Positions 36,445 through 45,941 of a stretch of DNA of 64,000 nucleotides are shown here, in pieces (the stretch's first letter is position 1; each line of letters starts with the position of its first letter). The position numbers were made by a program, and so were the translations under genes. A model generated the notes under the pieces. That model saw only the letters and a program-made list of their open reading frames with translations, did no database searches and was not told where the DNA came from. Source of the DNA: Candidatus Baltobacterales bacterium (lineage in GTDB: Bacteria; Chloroflexota; Dormibacteria; Dormibacterales; Dormibacteraceae); assembly GCA_035533335.1 (NCBI GenBank), contig DATLUC010000031.1, positions 45,814 through 109,813 of the forward strand. The letters run 5' to 3'.

Positions 36445-36564
36445 TGCGCGTAAGGCTAAGGCATCGAGCGATGGGCCGTTATGGATTTCACCCCCAAATA
36501 CACGAGCGGGGATTAGTGGCGCGCCGACAGCCCGGATGCGACTCCCACTGTCTATCTTTCGCGC

Positions 36565-37224
36565 GTGAACCCGGAAGTCCTCGGCCTGCTGGTCGAATCG
36601 CCCGATCGGCCCGGCGTCTTCTACCGGGTGGCGGAGACGATCTTCCGCCATGGGGCCAACATCACGTACATCGCCGGCGGCGAGCATCGGGCCGGCGCAG
36701 CCCAACTGCAGATGGAGGTGAGCGGTGCCGCCGACAGCGCGCGGCTGCTCCAGGATCTCGAAGAGCTCGAGGTGGTGACCCGCGTCACAGTCGTTCCGAC
36801 GTTCCAGGCGATCTACGGCAAGCGGGTGATCGTGATCGGCGGCGGCGCGCAGGTCGGCATGGTGGCCCAGGGGGCGGTCTCGGAAGCGGACAGGCACAAC
36901 ATCCGCGGGGAACGCATCTCGGTCGACACGATCCCGCTGGTCGGCGAGCAGCAGCTGGCGGACGCTGTGCGCGCGGTGGCACGGCTGCACCGGGCTCGGG
37001 CCCTTGTCCTCGCAGGCGCCCTGATGGGTGGCGACATCAGCAACGCGGTGCGCGAGATCCGCGAGGCGGGAATCTTGGTCGTCTGCACCAACATGGCCGG
37101 CTCCGTGCCTGATGCCGCCGACCTGGTCGTCAGCGATCCCGTGGAAGCCGGGGTGATGGCTGTGATGCTGATCGCCGACACGGCCAGCTTTTCCATCGAG
37201 CACGTGCGCGGACGCCGCTTTTAG
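36565..37224 (+). CDS. ACT-domain protein with a C-terminal domain of unknown function
   Basis: N-terminal ACT-like LLVESPDRPGVFYRVAETIFRHGANITYI. The C-terminal half (VIVIGGGAQVG...) is an uncharacterised Rossmann-like region. GTG start. Confidence 0.6.
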   Translation: MNPEVLGLLVESPDRPGVFYRVAETIFRHGANITYIAGGEHRAGAAQLQMEVSGAADSARLLQDLEELEVVTRVTVVPTFQAIYGKRVIVIGGGAQVGMVAQGAVSEADRHNIRGERISVDTIPLVGEQQLADAVRAVARLHRARALVLAGALMGGDISNAVREIREAGILVVCTNMAGSVPDAADLVVSDPVEAGVMAVMLIADTASFSIEHVRGRRF

Positions 37225-37230
37225 TGGCCG

Positions 37231-38040
37231 TCAGAGCTCGCGCGTCCTGACCCGGACCGCCATCGTTCCGCTCGCCGACCCCACGTAGATCCCACGGGTG
37301 GGGGCGGCATCGGTGTAGTCCCTGCCGACCGCCAGCCGCACGTGATTCTCGGAGGTTCGGACAGGGCGCGTGGCGTCGTAGCCGATCCAGCCCTTGCCCG
37401 CCACCCAGCCCTCGGCCCAGGCATGCGAGGCGGTCATGACTCCTTTCTCGCCTGCGAAATGGATGTAGCCGCTGACGTAGCGGGCGGGAACGCCCATCGC
37501 GCGCGCCACAGCGATGAAGAGGTGGGCGAAGTCCTGGCAGACCCCGGCTCGCAACGCGAGCACTTCGTCGACCACCGTGTAGACGTTGGTCACCGCGCGG
37601 TCGTAGGTGAACTCCCGGCTGATGGTGAGGGTCAGCTCGTCGAGGGCTCGCTCCACCGCCTCGGGTGACGACGAGTCGGAGATGGCATGGCGCCGCGCGA
37701 GCTCGCGGACGCCTTCCACGTCCGTCACGGGCGAGCGAAACCGCAGAAAGTCCTGGACCAGCTCTTCCCCCGGATCGGGGTCCGGTTCCAACCCCGTCTC
37801 GACCACCGAGCGGCTGACGATGCCCAGGCGGTTGTGCGGTCGAACCAAGTTGAAGTAATGGACGTGGTTGCCGTACCCGTCCATGTACGCGTGAGCCTCG
37901 ATGCCCGAGCTCAGCTCGAGCGAGAACCGGAGGCATCGCTGACCCGCCCCGTCCATGGGCTGCAGCCTCACCTCCATCATGGTTTCAGCGATCGGGCCCG
38001 AGTAGAGGTAGCGCGTGCTGTGCACGATCTCGAGCTTCAC
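37231..38040 (-). CDS. Transglutaminase-like cysteine peptidase family protein (with N-terminal Bact_transglu_N-like region)
   Basis: VKLEIVHSTRYLY..., GVCQDFAHLFIAVARAMGVPARYVSGY, HAWAEGW and GYDATRP. The GTG start overlaps the alpha-E stop (GTGA). Confidence 0.85.
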   Translation of the reverse strand: MKLEIVHSTRYLYSGPIAETMMEVRLQPMDGAGQRCLRFSLELSSGIEAHAYMDGYGNHVHYFNLVRPHNRLGIVSRSVVETGLEPDPDPGEELVQDFLRFRSPVTDVEGVRELARRHAISDSSSPEAVERALDELTLTISREFTYDRAVTNVYTVVDEVLALRAGVCQDFAHLFIAVARAMGVPARYVSGYIHFAGEKGVMTASHAWAEGWVAGKGWIGYDATRPVRTSENHVRLAVGRDYTDAAPTRGIYVGSASGTMAVRVRTREL

Positions 38041-38999
38041 GGTCGCGCGTCCTGCTGCTGCTGCTGCGGCATGGCGCGTCCTTCGTCGCCCATGACGGTG
38101 CTGGGAACCTTGCTCGGGTGGAAGTAGGTCTCGCGCAGAGCCACCTCGAGCTGCCGCAGGAGCGAACGGCATTCAGTGTCGAACTCAACGGCGTGCTCCG
38201 CCACGGCGTGCGAGTCGGCCTGTTCGAACATCGACGACAACCTGGTCAGAACACGTCGCGGCTTCGAGCGGCGACCGCTGCCGTCGATCCTCACCACCGA
38301 CTCAAGCGCGACCGACGCGGAAAAGCGCGCTGACCTCGGCAGGGTGCGGTCGAGCAGCAGGCACTCGATGACGCGGTCATGCGTCACCCCACCCGAGTAG
38401 CGCGCCTGGTACGACTCGAAGGCGAAGCACGATTTGAGGACGGCTGTCCACTCGAGCGCGTCCTCCGGCGTGTCCGCGAGCTCCGCCGATTTCCGGGTGA
38501 CGATGGCCGCCACGTTGCCGGCGCGCTCGACGAACTTTCCCAGCCGCACGAAATCGCGCGCGTCTTCATGCGGCATGGTGTCCTCGAGCAGGCCGTCGAC
38601 GAGACGGATGCTCATCTGCACGTCGTAGAGGAACGGATAGAGGTCTGGCTGCCATCTCGACTCCTGCACGCGCCAGTGCAGCGCATTGACCTGTTCGTAG
38701 AGCTCGCTGGGCAGCGATGGCCTCACCGCCTGGGCCGCGAGGCGGGCGGCTCCGATGCTGGCTCGCACCGACGGCCCGAGCGTGCCGCCCACCACCATCT
38801 CGACCGCCTGGTCTCTCCGGTTGGTGTCGCTGTGCCGCCAGCCCGCGAGCTCCATGAACCGCCTCCAGTACTCGGGGCCTGGCTCGTCCCTCCGGTCGAG
38901 CGACAGCCCAACATGCACGCCAAGGATCCGCGCCAGGTGGTCGGCCCGTTCGAGGTGCCGCCCGAGCAGCGCGAGAGATGTGGCCGCGCGGCTAAGCAT
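38037..38999 (-). CDS. Alpha-E domain protein (DUF403)
   Basis: MLSRAATSLALLGRHLERADHLARIL... is characteristic of alpha-E proteins that accompany circularly permuted ATP-grasp enzymes. Confidence 0.85.
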   Translation of the reverse strand: MLSRAATSLALLGRHLERADHLARILGVHVGLSLDRRDEPGPEYWRRFMELAGWRHSDTNRRDQAVEMVVGGTLGPSVRASIGAARLAAQAVRPSLPSELYEQVNALHWRVQESRWQPDLYPFLYDVQMSIRLVDGLLEDTMPHEDARDFVRLGKFVERAGNVAAIVTRKSAELADTPEDALEWTAVLKSCFAFESYQARYSGGVTHDRVIECLLLDRTLPRSARFSASVALESVVRIDGSGRRSKPRRVLTRLSSMFEQADSHAVAEHAVEFDTECRSLLRQLEVALRETYFHPSKVPSTVMGDEGRAMPQQQQQDARP

Positions 39000-40461
39000 C
39001 GCCGTCCACCGGATCCTCGGTCATCACCCAGGTGTCCCGGCTGCCGCCGCCCTGCGAGCTGTTCACCACCAGCGAGCCGGGCTTGAGCGCGACGCGGGTC
39101 AGGCCGCCGGAGGTGACGGTCACGTCGGGTCCGGTCAGGACAAACGGCCGCAGGTCCTGGTGGGTGCGACGCAGCCGCCCGCCGTCCAGGACGGGCTGGA
39201 CCGAAAGTGCGACCACGGGTTGGGCGATGAACGAGCGAGGCCTGGCCGCGATCCGTCTTTTGAAATCCTCACGCTCCGCGCTGGTCGATTCCGGCCCGAT
39301 CAGCATGCCGTACCCGCCCGAGCCGTCGACGGTTTTGACCACGAGCTTGTCGAGGTTGGCCAGGACGTAGCCGCGCTGGGATTCGTCGGCGCACAGGTAG
39401 GTTTCCACGTTGGGCAGGATCGGGTCCTCGTCAAGGTAGTAGCGGATGATCTTCGGCACCAGCGCGTATACGGCCTTGTCGTCGGCGACACCGTTGCCCA
39501 GGGCGTTCGCGACCGCCACGTTGCCGGCCCGGTACGCGTTCACCAGCCCCGCCACCCCAACCAGGGACTCCTGACGCCCGAAGATCGGGTCGAGCCACGC
39601 GTCGTCGATGCGCCGGTAGATCACGTGGACCGGACGCAGGCCCTGGGTGGTGCGCATGAACACGTGATCCTGGTCGACCACCAGGTCGGTGCCCTCGACG
39701 AGCTCGATGCCCATCTGCTTGGCAAGGTACAGGTGCTCGTAGTAGGCGGAGTTGTTGACGCCGGGCGTGAGCAGGACCACGGTCGGATCGTCGATTCCCC
39801 TGGGAGCAAGCCAGCGCAGCAGGCGTAGGAGCTCGTGCACGTAGCCCTCGACGGGGCGCACCTGGTAGCCGGCGAACAGGTCGGGCAGCACGCTCTTCAT
39901 GACGTGGCGGTTGGCGAGCACGTACGAGACTCCCGACGGGGTCCGCAGGTTGTCCTCGAGGACCAAGAAATCCCCCTTGTCGTCGCGGACGAGGTCGACG
40001 CCGGCGATGTGGCAGTGGATGCCGTGCGGCACGGGCAGGCCTTCGATCTCCCTGAGGTAGAGGGAGCTCGTGAGCACGATTTCGGGCGTCACGCCGCGCT
40101 GCTTCAAGATCAGCTTGCGGCCGTATACGTCGTCCAGGAACTGGTTGAGCGCCCGCATACGCTGCTCCAGGCCTTTCTCCAGGTGCCTCCAGGTTCGGGC
40201 GGAAAGGACCCGCGGGATGATGTCGAACGGGAAGACCTTCTCGGTGCCGTGGGCGTCCGGGTAGACCGCAAACGTGATGCCGTGGTTGCGGAACATCTGC
40301 ATCGCCAGGTCCTGGCGGCGCTGCAGCTCCTTCGAGCCGAGCGCCTGCAGGTGCTCGTAGAGTCGGCGGTAGCCGGGTCGGGGGCGGCCTTCGCCCGCAA
40401 GCATCTCGTCATAAAAGCCGTTGACCTCGTAGCCGTTGTCAATGGAATTCACGGGGGCCAC
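38992..40461 (-). CDS. Circularly permuted type-2 ATP-grasp protein (DUF404/DUF407)
   Basis: 489 aa with N-terminal GFYDEMLAGEGRPRPGYRRLYEHL and the family-typical remainder. It overlaps alpha-E by 8 nt. Confidence 0.9.
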   Translation of the reverse strand: MAPVNSIDNGYEVNGFYDEMLAGEGRPRPGYRRLYEHLQALGSKELQRRQDLAMQMFRNHGITFAVYPDAHGTEKVFPFDIIPRVLSARTWRHLEKGLEQRMRALNQFLDDVYGRKLILKQRGVTPEIVLTSSLYLREIEGLPVPHGIHCHIAGVDLVRDDKGDFLVLEDNLRTPSGVSYVLANRHVMKSVLPDLFAGYQVRPVEGYVHELLRLLRWLAPRGIDDPTVVLLTPGVNNSAYYEHLYLAKQMGIELVEGTDLVVDQDHVFMRTTQGLRPVHVIYRRIDDAWLDPIFGRQESLVGVAGLVNAYRAGNVAVANALGNGVADDKAVYALVPKIIRYYLDEDPILPNVETYLCADESQRGYVLANLDKLVVKTVDGSGGYGMLIGPESTSAEREDFKRRIAARPRSFIAQPVVALSVQPVLDGGRLRRTHQDLRPFVLTGPDVTVTSGGLTRVALKPGSLVVNSSQGGGSRDTWVMTEDPVDGDA

Positions 40462-40494
40462 AGTTATAGTGTCTGCGCCATCGCGACATCACGA

Positions 40495-41310
40495 ATGACG
40501 ATTGACCTGCGGGTTGGTTGCGAGTTCAGGTACGACGTGAGCGCTCCGACGGTTGCCACGGTCCAGGTTCGACCGCGCTCGGACGCCAGTCACCAGCTCG
40601 TCACGGAGACGTGGTCGACCCAACCCTCCGTGCCGGTCGACGAGTACGCAGACCTATACAGGAACCCTGTGAAGCGCCTGGTCATGCCCACCGGACCTCT
40701 GCTGCTCAGGTACAACGCGGTCGTCGCGGTGCCGGACGAACCGGACCTCGACGCGTCCTCCGCCGGCCAGGCGCCCATCGAGGAGATCCCCGGCGAGCTC
40801 TTGCACTTCACCCTGCCCAGCCGCTACTGCCTGTCGGACCAGCTGATGGGGATGGCGTGGGAGCTGTTCGGGCAGACCGAGCCCGGAGGCCCCCGCGTGC
40901 AGGCCGTCTGCGACTGGGTGCACGACCACATCCAGTTCCAGTACGGGGCGAGTAACCCGCTGACCACCGCCATAGACGTGCTCGAGAACCGCAAAGGGGT
41001 GTGCCGAGACCTGGCTCACCTGGCGATCAGCTTCTGCCGGGCCCTCAACATCCCGGCCCGGTACGTGTTCGGCTACCTGCCCGACCTGTACGTGCCCGCC
41101 GTCCCCGAGGCGATGGACTTCGCGGCCTGGATGGAGGTCTGGCTCGGAGATCGCTGGTGGACGTTCGACCCGCGCAACAACCAGCGCCGCGTCGGGCGGG
41201 TGCTGATCGGGCGTGGCCGCGACGCGCTGGATGTCGCCATGCTGACGACCTTCGGGCCCGCGGCGTTCCGCTCCATGACCGTGTGGGCCGACCGGACCGA
41301 GGCGGACTGA
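40495..41310 (+). CDS. Transglutaminase-like family protein
   Basis: The real start is ATG 40495 (MTIDLRVGCEFRY). Motifs GVCRDLAHLAISFCRALNIPARYVFGY, AWMEVWL and FDPRN. The upstream part of track ORF 39835.. is antisense to the ATP-grasp gene. Confidence 0.85.
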   Translation: MTIDLRVGCEFRYDVSAPTVATVQVRPRSDASHQLVTETWSTQPSVPVDEYADLYRNPVKRLVMPTGPLLLRYNAVVAVPDEPDLDASSAGQAPIEEIPGELLHFTLPSRYCLSDQLMGMAWELFGQTEPGGPRVQAVCDWVHDHIQFQYGASNPLTTAIDVLENRKGVCRDLAHLAISFCRALNIPARYVFGYLPDLYVPAVPEAMDFAAWMEVWLGDRWWTFDPRNNQRRVGRVLIGRGRDALDVAMLTTFGPAAFRSMTVWADRTEAD

Positions 41311-42173
41311 TGGCCCTCGAGCACGCATCCGTCGACTGGGGCGGCGCGCGAAAGGCCTCCTATCTCCTGCGCCAGACCTTCCGGTACGAGTACCCGGAAC
41401 CGATCCGCGACCTCAACCACCGCCTCGTGGTCATCCCGCCTGAGCGTTTCGGCGACCAGCGCAGGCTCCGCCACGAGCTGTCGGTCGACCTTGAAGGCGT
41501 GCGTCTGGAGGACCGTCGCGACCGGTACGGCAACGTGATCGTCGACGTGTTTGCGCCGCGAGTGCCGCAAGTGATCGAGTTCACGGCCGAGGTCACGGTC
41601 GAGCGCCGCGCCGAGGAGCCGAACCGCCTCGCTGACGGGTGGCTTGCCGACGGCTACCTGCTGGAGCCCTCCCGCCTCACGGCGGCCGACGATCGTATCC
41701 GGGGCACCGCCGAGGAGCTATCCTCGTCGGCCGAGTGGGGCCTGCCTCTTGCGGACCGCATCAACGATTGGGTCTACCAGGCGATGACGTACCGCTACGG
41801 AATCACCGGGGTTCGCACCACGGCGGCCGAGGCGCTCGCCCTTGGGGCGGGCGTGTGCCAGGACTACGCCCACGTCATGCTCGCCCTTTGCCGCGTCTGC
41901 GGCCTGCCGGCGCGATATGTCTCAGGTCACCTGCTCGGCCAGGGCGGAACCCACGCCTGGGTGGAGGTCGTGCTCCCGACCGGGGATGGCACCGGCGACG
42001 CCGTGGCGTCGGCCTTCGACCCGACCCACGCGAGCCGGGGCGGCCTGGGTTACCTGACCATCGCGGTCGGAGCGGACTACTCGGATGTCGCGCCGACCTC
42101 CGGCAGCTATTGCTCGTCTGCCCAGGGCAGGCTTAGCACCCGCAAGCAGGTGACGCTGACCGACCTGGAATGA
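41310..42173 (+). CDS. Transglutaminase-like family protein (with Bact_transglu_N-like N-terminus)
   Basis: ATG 41310 overlaps the previous stop (TGATG). Motifs GVCQDYAHVMLALCRVCGLPARYVSGH, HAWVEVV and FDPTH. Confidence 0.85.
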   Translation: MALEHASVDWGGARKASYLLRQTFRYEYPEPIRDLNHRLVVIPPERFGDQRRLRHELSVDLEGVRLEDRRDRYGNVIVDVFAPRVPQVIEFTAEVTVERRAEEPNRLADGWLADGYLLEPSRLTAADDRIRGTAEELSSSAEWGLPLADRINDWVYQAMTYRYGITGVRTTAAEALALGAGVCQDYAHVMLALCRVCGLPARYVSGHLLGQGGTHAWVEVVLPTGDGTGDAVASAFDPTHASRGGLGYLTIAVGADYSDVAPTSGSYCSSAQGRLSTRKQVTLTDLE

Positions 42174-42325
42174 GCTGGGCCGGAGTCCCGGCTCCAGCCC
42201 GCGCCCAGATCTATTTCAACAACGACGCCGCCGGCCACGCGGCCAATGATGCGATCACGTATGCAGAGCTGGCCGAGATCGCAGCCCTCAGCCCGACGCG
42301 TGTGCCTTCAAAGGCCGCCGCTTGA
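42170..42325 (+). pseudogene. Remnant of a DUF72-family gene (C-terminal ~40 codons only)
   Basis: Manual translation MSWAGVPGSSRAQIYFNNDAAGHAANDAITYAELAEIAALS... The YFNND..G.A..NA block is the characteristic C-terminal end of DUF72 proteins as I remember them. No upstream DUF72 sequence is present. Confidence 0.35.
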
Positions 42326-42791
42326 GCGCGGCGTCCGCGTCGTCGGTCGTCACGTAGCGGCTGCGAAAGTTTCGGAGCGCGAAGCGATCGCACGCCGTCT
42401 CCGCCGACGAGCCCCTGTGCAGCACCTCGTGGAGGTACCAGTGCAGCCATTCGTGGCAGTACAGGAACCGCAGCACGTCTCGCCGCCCTCGAAAGCACAC
42501 GGTCTCCGAAGCCCAGGCAAACCGCATCCCCGCGCCGCGCATTCGCCGCGCTGCGAACACGACCGGCTCCTTGAACGCCTTGAACGGGATCGGGACCTGG
42601 AGCACGATCCGGCGTTCCTCGAACTCGCAACGTGCGGCGAGATGGGGGGCCGAGCGGTAACGCAGTGGCTTGACCACCACGTCGTAGTCGCAGCGAGGCA
42701 GGCCTTCCAGCGCCCGGCGGGCGTCGGCGGAGGTGAAGCCGGCCAGCTCGGAGCTGATGCCCATGCTCGGAACACGATAAGAGGTTTCCAT
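42288..42791 (-). CDS. Hypothetical protein with an HExxH motif (putative zinc metallopeptidase)
   Basis: 167 aa with YCHEWLHWYLHEV. Good GC3. No secure family assignment. Confidence 0.5.
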   Translation of the reverse strand: METSYRVPSMGISSELAGFTSADARRALEGLPRCDYDVVVKPLRYRSAPHLAARCEFEERRIVLQVPIPFKAFKEPVVFAARRMRGAGMRFAWASETVCFRGRRDVLRFLYCHEWLHWYLHEVLHRGSSAETACDRFALRNFRSRYVTTDDADAALKRRPLKAHASG

Positions 42792-42911
42792 GCGCTCGGA
42801 GCACGTGGCCGAGACGAGTAGACGGCCCTGATCCGACGTTATCTGGCCGGGGGTGCTTGGCCAGCAATGGCCGAGCCCTCCACCAAGCCTTCGCCAGCCG
42901 CTTCGGCCCCT

Positions 42912-43469
42912 TTAAAGCCTGTCAGGCAGCTTGATCAGCCACGAGACCAGCGTCCCGGTGGCGATGCCGATCAGCGATCCCACCGCCACATCGCTGGGGA
43001 AGTGGTGGCCGAGATGGACTCGCGAGACCCCGACGCCCGCGGCCAGGCCGAAAACCAACGGCGATGCCTTGGGATAGAAGGTCGAGAGCGCTGTGGCCGC
43101 GGCAAAAGACGACGCCGTGTGCCCGGAGGGGAACGACGCGTCGGCGGTCTTGATACCGACCACCAGGACGTCGCGGTCGACAAAAGGCCGCTTGCGCCGG
43201 AATACGGGCTTGATCATCTTCTGGACCAGGTACGTCGTGCCCACGGACGCCACGGCCGTGGCAAGACCGGCCCGGCGGCCCTTCTGCCCGCCCATCCAGG
43301 CCACGGCGAGGCCTGCCTCCACCCATCCCAGCCCTTCCCCCAGGTCCGACAGGATGCTCACGTACCTGTCACCCACCGTGGAGTGGGGGAGCCCGTGGAT
43401 CATGTGATAGAGGCGCCGGTCGACCGATTCAGGCAGGCTCGGCGCTGGAGCCGGCCTTTGTGTGGCCAT
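42912..43469 (-). CDS. PAP2-family phosphatase (membrane)
   Basis: Motifs KPVFRRKRP, PSGH and SRVHLGHHFPSD. The start is ATG 43469 (MATQRP). Confidence 0.85.
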   Translation of the reverse strand: MATQRPAPAPSLPESVDRRLYHMIHGLPHSTVGDRYVSILSDLGEGLGWVEAGLAVAWMGGQKGRRAGLATAVASVGTTYLVQKMIKPVFRRKRPFVDRDVLVVGIKTADASFPSGHTASSFAAATALSTFYPKASPLVFGLAAGVGVSRVHLGHHFPSDVAVGSLIGIATGTLVSWLIKLPDRL

Positions 43470-43524
43470 CAGCCAATCAACGCAGCCGCCGGTAAAGACA
43501 CGCAATTCGGCGTTGTGCTTGTGC

Positions 43525-44133
43525 ATGACGCGAACGGCTACGCGGGCACGAAAGAAGCCGGCGCGCGCGCCGGCCGGCATCGCCACGCTCGTGGAGGCGT
43601 GGTGGACGACCGTGCTGGCAGGTGAGGCCGATGAGCCCCATCCGATCCACGGCGACCGTCTCATCGTCCGGCTCGACGATGGAACTCTCAAGGTCTCGGG
43701 AGAGGTCCAGACCAGCCGCGACCGCGACGAGCTGCTCAAGCAGGCTCGCGCACGGGTCGGCCGAGGCATCAACGAGGTCGACTCGTCCGCTCTCGGGGTG
43801 GTGGGTGCGAAAGAGAAGGCCGGCGTGCTCGAGCAGGTTCTCGTCGCCGCCTTCCCGAACCAGGAGACGGCGGAGCTGGCGCTCAAGTTCGTCCTGGAGC
43901 GCAGTCGCACCGCGCCCAGGCAGAAGGTCATCCTCACCTCGAGCGGTCGGAGGCCCCGCCTGAAATCCATCCCCGAGGGTTTCGACGCCGACGTCCGCAC
44001 CTACCTGGACAAAGGCCGCGCGGTCCTCGTCCTACGCGTCGACGAGACCGAGGCGTACCGGGTTCGCGGCCTTCTGGAAGAGGACACACGAAGCCTGTGG
44101 ACGGTCGCGGCGCCCCCTCAGGTCGGGGCCTGA
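43525..44133 (+). CDS. Hypothetical cytoplasmic protein with a BON-like N-terminal segment
   Basis: ATG 43525, high GC3. [40 protein letters not shown] resembles a BON domain. The stop overlaps the NRAMP start (TGATG). Confidence 0.5.
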   Translation: MTRTATRARKKPARAPAGIATLVEAWWTTVLAGEADEPHPIHGDRLIVRLDDGTLKVSGEVQTSRDRDELLKQARARVGRGINEVDSSALGVVGAKEKAGVLEQVLVAAFPNQETAELALKFVLERSRTAPRQKVILTSSGRRPRLKSIPEGFDADVRTYLDKGRAVLVLRVDETEAYRVRGLLEEDTRSLWTVAAPPQVGA

Positions 44134-45431
44134 TGTCCGAGATCAGGCGCAAGATCGCGCGCCCCAAGCCGAGCCCGTCGGCTCGGGACGTCAGCACCGA
44201 CCAGCTCACTGCCGGCGACGTTCTCCGGTCGATCGGCCCTGGCCTGGTCACGGGCGGCGCCGACAACGACCCGGCCGGCATCGCGACCTATTCGATCATC
44301 GGCGCCACTGCGGGTTTCACCCAGAACTGGCTGCTTTTCCTATCGACCCCCATGCTGATCGTCGTCCAGCAGATGTCGGCCAAGGTGGCCGACGTCACCA
44401 AGGCCGACCTGGCCACGGTCCTCCGGACGACCTTCGGAGCGCGGATCGCGACGCCGGCAGTCCTGCTCATGGTGATTGCCAACGTGATCACGATGGGCGC
44501 GGACCTGTTGGCCATGGGCGCGGCCATCCAGCTGCTCACCGGGGTGAGGTACATCTACTGGGTCGTCCCGCTGGCAGCGGTGATGGCAGGTTTCACGATC
44601 TTCCTCGACTACAAGATCGTCAGCAAATATTTGCTGTGGTTGGCGGGAGTCTTCGCGACGTACATCGTCGCGGCCATCCTGGCGCGCCCCGATTGGGGGC
44701 AGGTTCTGCGCAGCACTGTCGTGCCCCACGTCAGCCTGTCGCCCTCGTTCATGTTGGGCGCGGTGGGCATGCTCGGCACGACGATCACGCCTTACCTCTT
44801 CTTCTGGCAGGCCAGCGGCGAGGTGGAGGAGAGACGCGGCGTGCAGCACATGCGGCGCACCAACCTTGACGTGGTGGCCGGAATGATCTGGTCCAACGTC
44901 AGCGCGTTCTTCATCATCGTGGCGACAGGAGCCGTCCTGTTCTCTCACCACGCCGCCATCCGAACCGCGGCCGACGCGGCCCACGCGCTGGCGCCCTTCG
45001 CCGGTCGCTACGCGTCCTTGCTGTTCGGGATCGGGATCATCGGCGCCGGGTTGCTGGCGATCCCTGTGCTGGGCGCGTCGGCGGCCTTCGGAGTGGCCGG
45101 GCTTGCAGGTTGGCGCCGCGGTCTAGGTCGCAATCCCCGCAACGCGCCCCAGTTCTACGTCGTGATCGGGCTCGCGTTCCTCATTGCGATCGAGCTGGCC
45201 ATTTCGTCCATCAATCCCATCAAGGCCCTGTTTTACTCGCAAGTGTTGGATGGACTGATCGCGCCGATCCTGATCGTCCTGATTCTCCTGGTGACCTCGA
45301 GCCGCAAGCTCATGGGGGACTTCGTCAACGGCCCCTGGACCAATCTCATCGGCTGGGCGTCGGCGCTGGTCATGGTGCTGGCGGACGGGGCGCTCGTCTA
45401 CCAGGTCGTGACGCAGGGACTCCCCTCCTAG
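44133..45431 (+). CDS. NRAMP-family divalent metal transporter
   Basis: [20 protein letters not shown] (DPGN-like motif) and 11 or more hydrophobic segments. The start is placed at MSEIRR. Confidence 0.9.
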   Translation: MSEIRRKIARPKPSPSARDVSTDQLTAGDVLRSIGPGLVTGGADNDPAGIATYSIIGATAGFTQNWLLFLSTPMLIVVQQMSAKVADVTKADLATVLRTTFGARIATPAVLLMVIANVITMGADLLAMGAAIQLLTGVRYIYWVVPLAAVMAGFTIFLDYKIVSKYLLWLAGVFATYIVAAILARPDWGQVLRSTVVPHVSLSPSFMLGAVGMLGTTITPYLFFWQASGEVEERRGVQHMRRTNLDVVAGMIWSNVSAFFIIVATGAVLFSHHAAIRTAADAAHALAPFAGRYASLLFGIGIIGAGLLAIPVLGASAAFGVAGLAGWRRGLGRNPRNAPQFYVVIGLAFLIAIELAISSINPIKALFYSQVLDGLIAPILIVLILLVTSSRKLMGDFVNGPWTNLIGWASALVMVLADGALVYQVVTQGLPS

Positions 45432-45452
45432 CGCGTCTCGCGCTCGAGCGAT

Positions 45453-45941
45453 GTGCGCCACCTTGCAGAGACATCAAGGATCGTGCGTAGCCCTCTGATG
45501 CGAGGCGTTGCACTAGCGAGGCAGTTGGTGCAATCGTCCGTTGGCGGAAAAAAAGCGGCTCGGCCCAGCGCAGGGTCGGGTGAGCTGGCGTCTGAGGTCG
45601 TGCAGGACGCTCAGCGGCTCATGACGCTCGAGGTCGCCCTGGCCAAGCAAGAGGTCAAAGAGCTGGTCATGGTCAACGCAATCGCGGCGGGCATGATGGC
45701 CGGCGGGGGCCTGGTGCTGATGCTGGCGATCTTCGTAACGCTGCCGGTGGCGGTCGTCACCCTCGTACCGTGGCACTGGCAGGCAGCGCTGACCTGGACG
45801 GTCGCTTACGCCGTAATCGGGATTGCGCTGGTGCTCGTCGGCAAGTCTCGGCTGCGGATGAGTCTGCCGGCGAAAACAATCGCCAGCTTGAAGGAGAGCA
45901 AAGAATGGGCGCTTCGGCGAATGAGATCGACCGTCAGATAA
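45453..45941 (+). CDS. Holin-X-like (phage holin superfamily III / DUF1469-type) membrane protein
   Basis: Amphipathic N-terminal region followed by two TM segments. The organisation matches the actinobacterial holin-X family, which is usually found next to DUF3618 proteins. Confidence 0.55.
   Translation: MRHLAETSRIVRSPLMRGVALARQLVQSSVGGKKAARPSAGSGELASEVVQDAQRLMTLEVALAKQEVKELVMVNAIAAGMMAGGGLVLMLAIFVTLPVAVVTLVPWHWQAALTWTVAYAVIGIALVLVGKSRLRMSLPAKTIASLKESKEWALRRMRSTVR

Noticed and set aside
36327-36564. T-box or other riboswitch as the explanation for the structured cimA leader
   Set aside because: I could not find the conserved T-box sequence (AGGGUGGNACCGCG-like) or a specifier-loop arrangement. 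The small Ile-codon ORF overlapping the antiterminator arm fits ribosome-mediated attenuation better.
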